Positions 17,205-24,000 of a stretch of 24,000 nt of DNA are shown here, piece after piece. The notes under the pieces are model-generated. The model was not told where the DNA came from, did not search any database, and was given only the letters and a program-made list of their open reading frames with translations. Source of the stretch: Erysipelotrichaceae bacterium (GTDB taxonomy: Bacteria > Bacillota_I > Bacilli_A > Erysipelotrichales > Coprobacillaceae). The stretch covers positions 4,852-28,851 of the forward strand of contig JAGBPZ010000134.1 of the NCBI GenBank assembly GCA_017633115.1. Direction: 5' to 3'. The stretch's first letter is position 1; each line of letters starts with the position of its first letter. The translations under genes and the position numbers were made by a program.

Positions 17205-17626
17205 TAGAAACACTGTTAGCTTTAAGCATTACGCTCATGATTCTTCTTAATGCTTCTGCTATCATTCATGTATCGAATGTTAGTTATATGCAATACGATG
17301 AAGATATCAGTATTGGTGTTAAGCAATTATCGACTTACTTGATGACATCGCAAAATATCACTTTTGATGATCAGCTTGAATATGACTATAGTGATCATAA
17401 GCACTATACAATTTCAATTAATAATCATCGTTTAGTGAAAGAACCGGGATTTGAAATTTTGATGATGAATATTGACTCGATCAAGTATATTTCTAGGAAT
17501 GATTATCTTTATGCTGTAATCAAAAGAGATAATCACTCTTACCAGTTTCTCTTAACAGACTTATATCGTCTTGATACCAAATCAAGTGATGAAAGTGAGA
17601 AGCCCGAGAATGAAGAAACATCATAG
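17180..17626 (+). CDS. comGF: Minor pseudopilin ComGF
   Basis: MDRKA|FTLIETLLALSITL is a prepilin-like N-terminus with Ala at -1. 148 aa. Overlaps comGE by 25 nt. Confidence 0.65.
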   Translation: MDRKAFTLIETLLALSITLMILLNASAIIHVSNVSYMQYDEDISIGVKQLSTYLMTSQNITFDDQLEYDYSDHKHYTISINNHRLVKEPGFEILMMNIDSIKYISRNDYLYAVIKRDNHSYQFLLTDLYRLDTKSSDESEKPENEETS

Positions 17627-17975
17627 AGGCAGTATTTTACAAATCACGCTGGTCATTATTACAATCATGATGCAAGTATTACTGTCATATTCACTTTATA
17701 TTCAGCAAACAGCGAAATATGATCAAAGCATTATCCTCCTTAATGAGCAGCGTGAGATGGAAATCTATTTTCATCGACATTTATTAAAGACATACGAGGA
17801 TGATATATTACTAAGTGATGCGATTATTGGGGAAAATGGCAGATTGAAATACACTGTGGATGATATGGGTGATTATTATCTTCTCAACATTGAAATAGAT
17901 ACTCAGTTCTATAAATATTCAATAGAAGCAAAGCTTGATTTAGAGGATGGGCATTACAAGAGTTATGAGTATTAA
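17610..17975 (+). CDS. comGG: Minor pseudopilin ComGG
   Basis: MKKHHRGSILQITLVIITIMMQVLL: basic N-terminus plus TM helix without E+5, as in ComGG proteins. It is the last gene of the operon. The ATG at 17610 overlaps comGF by 17 nt. Confidence 0.55.
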   Translation: MKKHHRGSILQITLVIITIMMQVLLSYSLYIQQTAKYDQSIILLNEQREMEIYFHRHLLKTYEDDILLSDAIIGENGRLKYTVDDMGDYYLLNIEIDTQFYKYSIEAKLDLEDGHYKSYEY

Positions 17976-18000
17976 AAAAAGACGTTGTTAACGCCTTTCT
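17976..18000. terminator. Shared hairpin between convergent comGG and the MBL-hydrolase gene (probable bidirectional terminator)
   Basis: AAAGACGTT-GTT-AACGCCTTT: 4+4 bp with one mismatch. Flanked by A7 on the left and CTTTCTT on the right. On the minus strand it is followed by TTTTTTT. The MBL gene stop sits in the loop. Confidence 0.5.
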
Positions 18001-18596
18001 TGAATTTGCCTTAAATAAGGATTATACATTTGTTCAGTTGATAAAGTTGACTGTGGACCATGACCTGGATAGACAACTGCATCAAAGTTTAAGAACGCAA
18101 TTTTTCTTAATGACTGAATCAATTCTTCAACATTGGCCGTTGGTAAATCATAACGGCCAATTGAATTTTTGAATAATGTATCACCAGTAAACAAAGCATT
18201 TTCTTCTTTGTAGTAATATAAACCACTATCATGAGTGTGGCCTGGTGTATAAATAAAATCAAAATGCATATCACAAATCGTGATACCTTTGCCTATATCT
18301 AATACAGGTGTATTGACAACTTTTCCCAGAGTGAGATTGTCATCTTTAACAAAAGAGGCAGTTAATTGATGCGCATAAACTGGACAATGATATTTTTCAG
18401 ATAATTCATCTACAGCAACGATATGGTCAAAATGTCCATGAGTCAAAAGAATCGCTTGCAGATTTAAAGAATGTTTTTCTAAAAAATGAACAATTTCATT
18501 ATATCTACAACCAGGATCGATAATAACGCAATCATGATTTTTCCAGATTAAATAAGTGTTTTCCTGCATGTCCCAGCTTACTAATTTTTCAATCAT
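17988..18596 (-). CDS. MBL-fold metallo-hydrolase (YqgX / glyoxalase II-like)
   Basis: 202 aa. Metal-binding motif LLTHGHFDH, later TPGHTHDS and GDTLF. SD AAGGAGGA. Confidence 0.85.
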   Translation of the reverse strand: MIEKLVSWDMQENTYLIWKNHDCVIIDPGCRYNEIVHFLEKHSLNLQAILLTHGHFDHIVAVDELSEKYHCPVYAHQLTASFVKDDNLTLGKVVNTPVLDIGKGITICDMHFDFIYTPGHTHDSGLYYYKEENALFTGDTLFKNSIGRYDLPTANVEELIQSLRKIAFLNFDAVVYPGHGPQSTLSTEQMYNPYLRQIQERR

Positions 18597-18619
18597 AAAT
18601 GTTCCTCCTTTATTAAGAA

Positions 18620-18654
18620 AGTAAAATAAAACTAGAAGTCATAAAACTCCTAGT
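18620..18654 (-). terminator. Rho-independent terminator after rpmG
   Basis: The minus strand reads ACTAGGAGT-TTTATG-ACTTCTAGT (9 bp including one G-U pair) followed by TTTTATTTT. Confidence 0.75.
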
Positions 18655-18664
18655 ATATTTTAGA

Positions 18665-18814
18665 TTATTTCTTTTCTCTGTGTTCAGTCTTCTTATTACA
18701 TCTTGGGCAATACTTTTTGATTGTCTGTCTACCAGGATGAGTTCTTTTGTTTTTAGTACCGATGTAGTTTTCTTCACCACATTCTGTACATTTGAAGATA
18801 ATGTTATCTCGCAT
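18665..18814 (-). CDS. rpmG: 50S ribosomal protein L33 (zinc-ribbon C+ form); not in the supplied ORF track because it is 49 aa
   Basis: My own translation of the minus strand gives [49 protein letters not shown]. It has CxxC...CxxC zinc ligands and SD AGGAGG 7 nt upstream. Confidence 0.9.
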   Translation of the reverse strand: MRDNIIFKCTECGEENYIGTKNKRTHPGRQTIKKYCPRCNKKTEHREKK

Positions 18815-18878
18815 TTTTTTACCTCCTATAGCTTACTCGCCACAATATAATAACACAACCATTATCAAAATGCTAGTA

Positions 18879-20942
18879 TTATTTTTTATAACCATATTTC
18901 TTAAAATAATAGCTGAATGCGGACTTTGCAATACGCATATGACTCGCATTATTTAACTGTCTTTCAGCCAAGACAGCTACGCAAACTTTTGGTTTTGATC
19001 CATAAGGTCCAAACCCTATAAAGATATGATTTGGATGGTCGGTATTACCAGTACCTGTATAGTCTTCTGCAGTACCAGTTTTACCTGCAACATCATACTC
19101 AAATCCACTAAACGCTGATGCTCCTGTACCATATGTTACAACAGCTCTCATACCCTTCTTGATTTGCTTGAAGGCATCTTTTTCATAACTGACATCATCG
19201 ACAATTTCTTTATTGTATTGATTAAGAGTGATGATTTCACCAGATTTATCATAAGCAAAAGAACTCTTGTAAAGATGAGGTTTGATTCTGACACCATCAT
19301 TAGCAATTGTCATGGTATAGGTAATAAGTTGCATCATAGAATATGTATCGTATTGTCCAATTGAAAAGTCAAGCAGATTACCAGGTAGAGTTGAGTTGCC
19401 ACGATAGCCAAGTGTTTCACTAGGCAAGTCAATACCTGATTTAACACCCAACCCGAGTTCACCAGCACCATTACGTAAAAGAGTAAAAGCATTAGGATTA
19501 ACATCCAAAGGCTGATTGTAACGATAAGTTCCATTACCTAGTTTGATAACCAGTTTCATCATATAGATGTTTGAAGAATAAGCAAGCGCTGTGACTTCAT
19601 TAAGGTTACCTAAACCTTTGAGATTCCATGAATGTTTAGCTTTTGTACCAGCGATTTTGATACCTTCCGCCGTATCTGTTTCATAATGATTCTTGTTGAT
19701 GATTCGATTTTTAAAGCATGTGTAAATGACAGAGGCCTTCATAGTTGAGCCAATACGATAAGCATATTGATATGTGCCATAATCACATTCTGAAATCTTG
19801 CCAGTCTTTTTATTGATTTCTCGACCGACCATAGCAAGAATATCGCCAGTTTCCGGATCTGCAACCATTGCGTAAATATGTTTAGCGTATTTTGCTTCGC
19901 CGCGATGGGCTCGCAGCTCTTTGTCAATCAATTTTGTCAGATGCTTTTGCATCTTCATATCAATTGTCAATTGAATGTTTTGTCCATTTGAGCCTGGATT
20001 TTTTTCTTTGACAATTGGATTGCCATTACTATCATACGTTAATTCATAAAGTGATTTTTCTCCACTTAGAATATCTTCGTATTGTGATTCAATACCTGAA
20101 GTGCCATAACGTGCATCATTACTATAATCCAAAGCAAGAAGCTGATCTTTCAAATTGGCAGGAATGCCCTGCTTCTTTGTAGTAATACGACCAAGTGTCT
20201 GACGTAATAATTTACCATTTGTGTAAGCTCGCTGCCAGTCACTTGTAACAACAATGCCACGTAACAGATAACTGTTTTCGCCGATTATACCTGCTTCCTT
20301 AATGGAAATATTCTCAATCAGATTGGCATAACCACTGCGACAATTTTTAATAGCATAATAGAGTTTGTAATAGCGTACATCATCATTAGATAGATGTTTC
20401 TTTAAAATTTTCTTAGTGATACGTTTTAACTGAAGATTGTAATATTGAGTATCGAAATCTTCCTCTTCTCTTAACTGTTTATATTCTTCTTCGGTAATCA
20501 GAGATTTGACAAATTCTGGTTCCTTCATAATAAGATAATCCTTCTTCTCTCTTGTCGTTACTGAAGAAATATCAATTTTACAGTTTTTAACCAGGAAATT
20601 AACGATAGCTACACGTTCTTCCTCTTTAATGCCACTGACTGCATAATAAGTTGCATTGATGACATTTTTATTGTAGACAAGCTTTTTGTAGTTACGATCA
20701 GTTATTTCACCACGAAGAGCATCAACCTGAAATGTATTGGCATTGTATTCATCAAGCTTCGCATTGTAGTAAGTATTTTGCCCTACTTGAATAATCAATA
20801 AACGACCTGCAAACAGGACACCTACTGCAAGCACGAAGACAATGATCAACTTGATACGATTGTTGATGACGTTTTGCGTCAAACGTTTTTCTTCGTTGAT
20901 TTCTTTCGTACCTTTAAAATGTATTCTCGGTGTTTTCTTCAT
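18879..20942 (-). CDS. Class B penicillin-binding protein (PBP2/PbpA-like peptidoglycan transpeptidase)
   Basis: 687 aa. N-terminal TM anchor (IKLIIVFVLAVGVLFAG), PBP dimerisation domain, and transpeptidase motifs STMK, SSN and KTGT. Adjacent to rpmG, as pbpA is in B. subtilis. The ATG at 20942 has no SD within 15 nt; AGGAAGGA lies 20 nt upstream. Confidence 0.9.
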   Translation of the reverse strand: MKKTPRIHFKGTKEINEEKRLTQNVINNRIKLIIVFVLAVGVLFAGRLLIIQVGQNTYYNAKLDEYNANTFQVDALRGEITDRNYKKLVYNKNVINATYYAVSGIKEEERVAIVNFLVKNCKIDISSVTTREKKDYLIMKEPEFVKSLITEEEYKQLREEEDFDTQYYNLQLKRITKKILKKHLSNDDVRYYKLYYAIKNCRSGYANLIENISIKEAGIIGENSYLLRGIVVTSDWQRAYTNGKLLRQTLGRITTKKQGIPANLKDQLLALDYSNDARYGTSGIESQYEDILSGEKSLYELTYDSNGNPIVKEKNPGSNGQNIQLTIDMKMQKHLTKLIDKELRAHRGEAKYAKHIYAMVADPETGDILAMVGREINKKTGKISECDYGTYQYAYRIGSTMKASVIYTCFKNRIINKNHYETDTAEGIKIAGTKAKHSWNLKGLGNLNEVTALAYSSNIYMMKLVIKLGNGTYRYNQPLDVNPNAFTLLRNGAGELGLGVKSGIDLPSETLGYRGNSTLPGNLLDFSIGQYDTYSMMQLITYTMTIANDGVRIKPHLYKSSFAYDKSGEIITLNQYNKEIVDDVSYEKDAFKQIKKGMRAVVTYGTGASAFSGFEYDVAGKTGTAEDYTGTGNTDHPNHIFIGFGPYGSKPKVCVAVLAERQLNNASHMRIAKSAFSYYFKKYGYKK

Positions 20943-20983
20943 AATCTATATATAGTTAATAATCCTTCCTGATGTCTAAAATC

Positions 20984-21011
20984 ATTATAACCTTATGCCC
21001 TTTAAAATCAA
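20984..21011 (-). promoter_or_regulatory. Candidate sigma-A promoter of the PBP gene
   Basis: Minus strand: -35 TTGATT (21006-21011), 16-nt spacer, -10 TATAAT (20984-20989). Confidence 0.45.
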
Positions 21012-21032
21012 TATCGGTTTTATAAATCACAC

Positions 21033-21059
21033 AATTAAAAAGATGGCATAATACCATCT
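21033..21059 (-). terminator. Rho-independent terminator after lepA
   Basis: The minus strand reads AGATGG-TATTATG-CCATCT followed by TTTTTAATT. The stem overlaps the lepA TAG stop. Confidence 0.65.
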
Positions 21060-22866
21060 ATTTATCATCATCAACGGAAAGAATTGCCATAAAGGCTTCC
21101 TGAGGCACTTCAACACTGCCAACTGCCTTCATTCGCTTTTTACCTTCTTTTTGCTTTTCTAAGAGCTTTTTCTTACGACTAATATCTCCGCCATAACATT
21201 TAGCTAATACATTCTTACGGACAGCTTTAATATTTGTTCTGGCAATGACACGTCCCTGCAATGAAGCCTGAACCGGTACTTCAAACTGTTGACGTGGAAT
21301 TAAACGTTTAAGTTTTTGACAAATCAACAATCCTCTGGCATGGGCAAAATCACGATGGACGATTGTTGACAAGGCATCGACCACTTCACCATTTAATAAA
21401 ATATCCATCTTTGTCAACTGGGATTGACGATATTCGTTCAGCTCATAGTCAAACGATGCATAGCCTTTTGTAACAGACTTTAACTTGTCAAAGAAATCAT
21501 AGATGATTTCAGAAAGCGGTAAATCATAAATGATATTACGTCTTGCATCATCAAGAAATTCAATATCAACATATTCCCCACGCTTGCTTTGACACAATTC
21601 CATAATTGGGCCAATATATGTATCTGGTGTCATTATTGTAGCTCTGACATAAGGTTCTTCAATATGATGGAGAATACCAGGGTCTGGGAATTTTGCCGGG
21701 TTATCAATCGCAACCATTGTTCCATCAGTTAGATAACAATGATAGACGACTGAAGGTGCAGTAGCAATTAGATCCAAATCGAATTCTCGTTCAAGACGTT
21801 CTTCTATAACGTCCATATGCAAGAGTCCTAAGAAACCACATCTAAAGCCAAATCCAAGTGCCTGTGATGTCTCAGCTTCAAAAACTAGCGAAGAATCACT
21901 TAATTGAATCTTTTCCAAGGCTTCACGTAAATCTTTATATTTTGCGTTATCAACAGGATAAAGACCACAATAAACCATTGGATTCATACGGCGATAACCA
22001 GGTAAAACTTCAGTTGCAAGATTTTCTGTTGTTGTGACTGTATCACCTACATGAACATCCTGAATAGATTTGATGCTTGCTGCCACCCATCCTACTTCGC
22101 CTGCTACAAGTTCATCTTTCTTGATTTCATTAGGCGTTCTAATACCTAATTCAGTGACTTCGTATGTTGCATCTGTAGCCATAAATTTAATATGATCACC
22201 AACATGAATAGAACCTTCTTTAATACAGACTAAGATGATGACACCACGATAGGAATCATAATAAGAGTCGAAGATCAACGCCTGTGTAGGATTGTCAACT
22301 TTTCCCTGAGGTGCGGGAAAGTTCGTGACAATTGCTTCTAAAACATCTTCGACATTTTGCCCTGTTTTGGCAGAAATTAGAGGTGCATTTTCAGCTGGCA
22401 ATCCAATGACGTCTTCAATTTCCTTCATGACTCTTTCTGGATCAGCACTTGGCAAATCAATTTTATTAATGACAGGTAAGATTTCTAAGTCATTATCCAA
22501 TGCCAGGTAGACGTTTGCGAGTGTTTGTGCTTCAATACCCTGCGCAGCATCAACGACTAATACAGCACCATCACATGCTGCCAATGATCTTGAAACTTCA
22601 TAGGAAAAGTCGACATGGCCCGGAGTATCAATAAGATGTAAGATATAAGTCTTACCGTCTTTTGCTTTGTATTGCAACTGGACCGCATTTAATTTAATTG
22701 TAATTCCACGCTCACGTTCAAGTTCCATGCTGTCGAGTAATTGATCACGCATTTCACGATCACTGATAGTTCCTGTCAACTGTAAAATACGGTCAGCAAG
22801 GGTACTTTTACCATGGTCGATATGAGCAATGATTGAGAAATTTCTAATTAAAGATTGATCGATCAT
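21058..22866 (-). CDS. lepA: Translation elongation factor 4 (LepA)
   Basis: 602 aa. G-domain motifs [18 protein letters not shown], and the LepA-specific C-terminal domain ([10 protein letters not shown]...[28 protein letters not shown]). Confidence 0.95.
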   Translation of the reverse strand: MIDQSLIRNFSIIAHIDHGKSTLADRILQLTGTISDREMRDQLLDSMELERERGITIKLNAVQLQYKAKDGKTYILHLIDTPGHVDFSYEVSRSLAACDGAVLVVDAAQGIEAQTLANVYLALDNDLEILPVINKIDLPSADPERVMKEIEDVIGLPAENAPLISAKTGQNVEDVLEAIVTNFPAPQGKVDNPTQALIFDSYYDSYRGVIILVCIKEGSIHVGDHIKFMATDATYEVTELGIRTPNEIKKDELVAGEVGWVAASIKSIQDVHVGDTVTTTENLATEVLPGYRRMNPMVYCGLYPVDNAKYKDLREALEKIQLSDSSLVFEAETSQALGFGFRCGFLGLLHMDVIEERLEREFDLDLIATAPSVVYHCYLTDGTMVAIDNPAKFPDPGILHHIEEPYVRATIMTPDTYIGPIMELCQSKRGEYVDIEFLDDARRNIIYDLPLSEIIYDFFDKLKSVTKGYASFDYELNEYRQSQLTKMDILLNGEVVDALSTIVHRDFAHARGLLICQKLKRLIPRQQFEVPVQASLQGRVIARTNIKAVRKNVLAKCYGGDISRKKKLLEKQKEGKKRMKAVGSVEVPQEAFMAILSVDDDK

Positions 22867-22884
22867 AATGATTTCCTTTTCTAG

Positions 22885-23178
22885 TTAGTGAAGTTTGAAT
22901 TTCTCCATGAAAATGCAATAATTGATATCACTGTCAGTTTTCATGAAAGCATCAAGATGTCCCCAAACAGTGATTTCAGTTCCAACTTCACTATTTTCTT
23001 TTATATAATTCGCATCACCAATCCATAAACGGACTGGAATGGTAATAGAGTTCTTTTTCAGATAATCCAGATAGACACAGATATACATCAACTGATCACC
23101 GTGATAATTGTTCGCCAAATTTTGTTTGCGTTCTGGCATTTGCACAATTGTACCAAAAATAGAAACATTTGAAAACAT
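22885..23178 (-). CDS. Hypothetical 97-aa protein; possible divergent SSB-like OB-fold protein lacking an acidic tail
   Basis: Good SD (AAGGAGG, 8-nt spacing) and an 18-nt gap to lepA. By eye the pattern resembles SSB/SsbB: MFSNVSIFGTIVQMPERK versus MFNQVMLVGRLTKDPDLR; IPVRLWIGDANYIKENSEVGTEITVWGHL versus VNCTLWRKTAENTALYCQKGSLVGVSGRI. Coding confidence is fair. The functional call is weak. Confidence 0.5.
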   Translation of the reverse strand: MFSNVSIFGTIVQMPERKQNLANNYHGDQLMYICVYLDYLKKNSITIPVRLWIGDANYIKENSEVGTEITVWGHLDAFMKTDSDINYCIFMEKFKLH

Positions 23179-23213
23179 CCATTTGACCTCCTTGATTATA
23201 AAACTTTGTACGA

Positions 23214-23222
23214 ATTATAACA
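23214..23222 (-). promoter_or_regulatory. Candidate extended -10 promoter (TGTTATAAT) for the 97-aa ORF-lepA unit
   Basis: The minus strand reads CTTGTTATAATTCG, about 35 nt upstream of the ATG at 23178. No convincing -35 is present. Confidence 0.4.
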
Positions 23223-23281
23223 AGTAGGCTTTAATAAAGAGTCCGATGGTACAAAATCGACATAAATTGATATTTATAATC

Positions 23282-23605
23282 CTATTTTAAGTGTACCATT
23301 GCGATAACATAGTGGTTTTCATGACTGATAGAAATGAGTGCATCTGGATCATTAAGGTAAGGCTGACCACTTTCATAATTGAGAATTTCAATATCCTGAA
23401 AGCTGATGTCACCAAGTCCTTTTCCATACGCCTTCATATAAGCTTCTTTTCCTGCAAAACGTCCACCTACATATTCACGTTGACGTTTAGGTCCCATTTC
23501 AAGAAAACAGGCATATTCTTTTTCTGTAAGAATACGCCTGATTAATTTGTCATTGTGAATATCGATACGGTTTAAATCCAGGAGATCTATTCCAATACCG
23601 CGCAT
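23282..23605 (-). CDS. acpS: Holo-[acyl-carrier-protein] synthase (4'-phosphopantetheinyl transferase)
   Basis: 107 aa. MRGIGIDLLDLNRI..., FAGKEAYMKAYG and ISISHENHYVIAMV are typical of AcpS. Confidence 0.9.
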   Translation of the reverse strand: MRGIGIDLLDLNRIDIHNDKLIRRILTEKEYACFLEMGPKRQREYVGGRFAGKEAYMKAYGKGLGDISFQDIEILNYESGQPYLNDPDALISISHENHYVIAMVHLK

Positions 23606-24000
23606 TAGTCTTTAAACTTCTTTTCGTATAATGTCATTAATTCATCAAGACTCATATTATCATCGATTTCATCAATCAAAGATTCATCTTTCTTACGAAT
23701 CAATCTGAATTTACCAGTACGTTCTTCGATGATTTTTAAATCGTCCTGAGTCTGTTCACTGATTGTTGCAATATTACGTAAACGATCTTCTACAGAGCCG
23801 ATGACTTTGGCACTGTCAACAGGTTTATCGTTATCATCTGGAGCTTCTAAAACAACTTTTTCACGTTTCTTTCTTGGAGCTCTTTTCTTCTTTTCTTTTG
23901 GTTTTTCTTCTTTGACTTCTTCGATTGTTTCAACATTTTCGATTGTTTCTACTGTTTCTTCGACAACGTCTTCGTTTTTATCATTTTCTTCATCTTCAAC
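23605..24000 (-). CDS. 3'-terminal fragment of an unidentified protein with a highly charged E/K/D-rich region; 5' end lies outside the window
   Basis: My own translation of the minus strand is open to the window edge: ...VEDEENDKNEDVVEETVETIENVETIEEVKEEKPKEKKKRAPRKKREKVVLEAPDDNDKPVDSAKVIGSVEDRLRNIATISEQTQDDLKIIEERTGKFRLIRKKDESLIDEIDDNMSLDELMTLYEKKFKD*. The stop overlaps the acpS start as TAATG. It is absent from the ORF track because no start codon is in the window. Confidence 0.6.
   Translation of the reverse strand, partial: VEDEENDKNEDVVEETVETIENVETIEEVKEEKPKEKKKRAPRKKREKVVLEAPDDNDKPVDSAKVIGSVEDRLRNIATISEQTQDDLKIIEERTGKFRLIRKKDESLIDEIDDNMSLDELMTLYEKKFKD

Noticed and set aside
23209-23216. 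TACGAATT, 7/8 match to the streptococcal ComX cin-box TACGAATA
   Set aside because: It lies on the + strand with no + strand gene downstream. On the relevant minus strand it is simply part of the sequence flanking a TATAAT -10. A single 8-mer with a mismatch is expected by chance.
679-23545. Short ORF-track entries that overlap much longer, well-supported genes on the opposite strand or in another frame. The set is 679-879, 2226-2444, 2952-3152, 3268-3459, 3546-3797, 4674-4868, 5295-5558, 5534-5725, 7302-7610, 7732-7947, 7767-7991, 7796-7993, 8798-9073, 12218-12421, 13084-13272, 14464-14670, 19164-19364, 19334-19534, 19739-19927, 22325-22510 and 23291-23545.
   Set aside because: They have no SD and low-complexity or odd composition, and each is fully embedded in a recognisable conserved gene. 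They are best explained as chance open frames.
309-23930. Strand skew of GAAGAAG (a lactococcal KOPS-like word): found on the + strand left of dif and on the - strand right of dif
   Set aside because: The word is made of Glu/Lys codons and simply follows the coding strand. In this window it is not independent evidence for polar translocase-guiding motifs.
1-24000. CRISPR arrays, IS or transposon ends, integrase-flanked islands, tRNA/rRNA genes, riboswitches
   Set aside because: I saw no spaced direct repeats, no terminal inverted repeats flanking a transposase, and no tRNA-like or rRNA-like sequence. XerD is accounted for as the housekeeping recombinase. The leaders of plausible riboswitch-controlled genes are too short.

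Overview
This is a low-GC (roughly mid-30s % GC) Bacillota chromosome segment with Bacillus-like housekeeping synteny. No defence island, CRISPR array, IS element, prophage, tRNA or rRNA was found. Genes in order: a 5'-truncated Big_2-domain protein and a YitT-family membrane protein on the + strand. A roughly 650 bp ORF-free AT-rich spacer follows. Next comes a long minus-strand block: small membrane ORF, deoB, xerD, dinB, recN, tlyA-like methyltransferase, dxs, ispA, xseB, xseA, nusB, Asp23-family, efp. A complete seven-gene comGA-GG competence pseudopilus operon then runs on the + strand. The window ends with a second minus-strand block: MBL-fold hydrolase, rpmG (below the ORF-track cutoff), class B PBP, lepA, a 97-aa SSB-like OB-fold ORF, acpS, and a 3'-terminal fragment of a highly charged protein. 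The main hunt result is a 28-bp sequence at 1891-1918, inside the ORF-free spacer. It matches the canonical XerCD dif site, with 22/28 identity to each of the E. coli and B. subtilis dif sequences as I recall them. It sits exactly where gene orientation flips from + to -, and xerD lies 1.9 kb away. The window therefore most likely spans the replication terminus. Secondary observations are the unusually long non-coding DNA around dif with weak dif-like cores, a divergent SSB-like protein upstream of lepA, the comG control region, and terminator hairpins that contain stop codons. I see no convincing evidence for a new multi-gene system.
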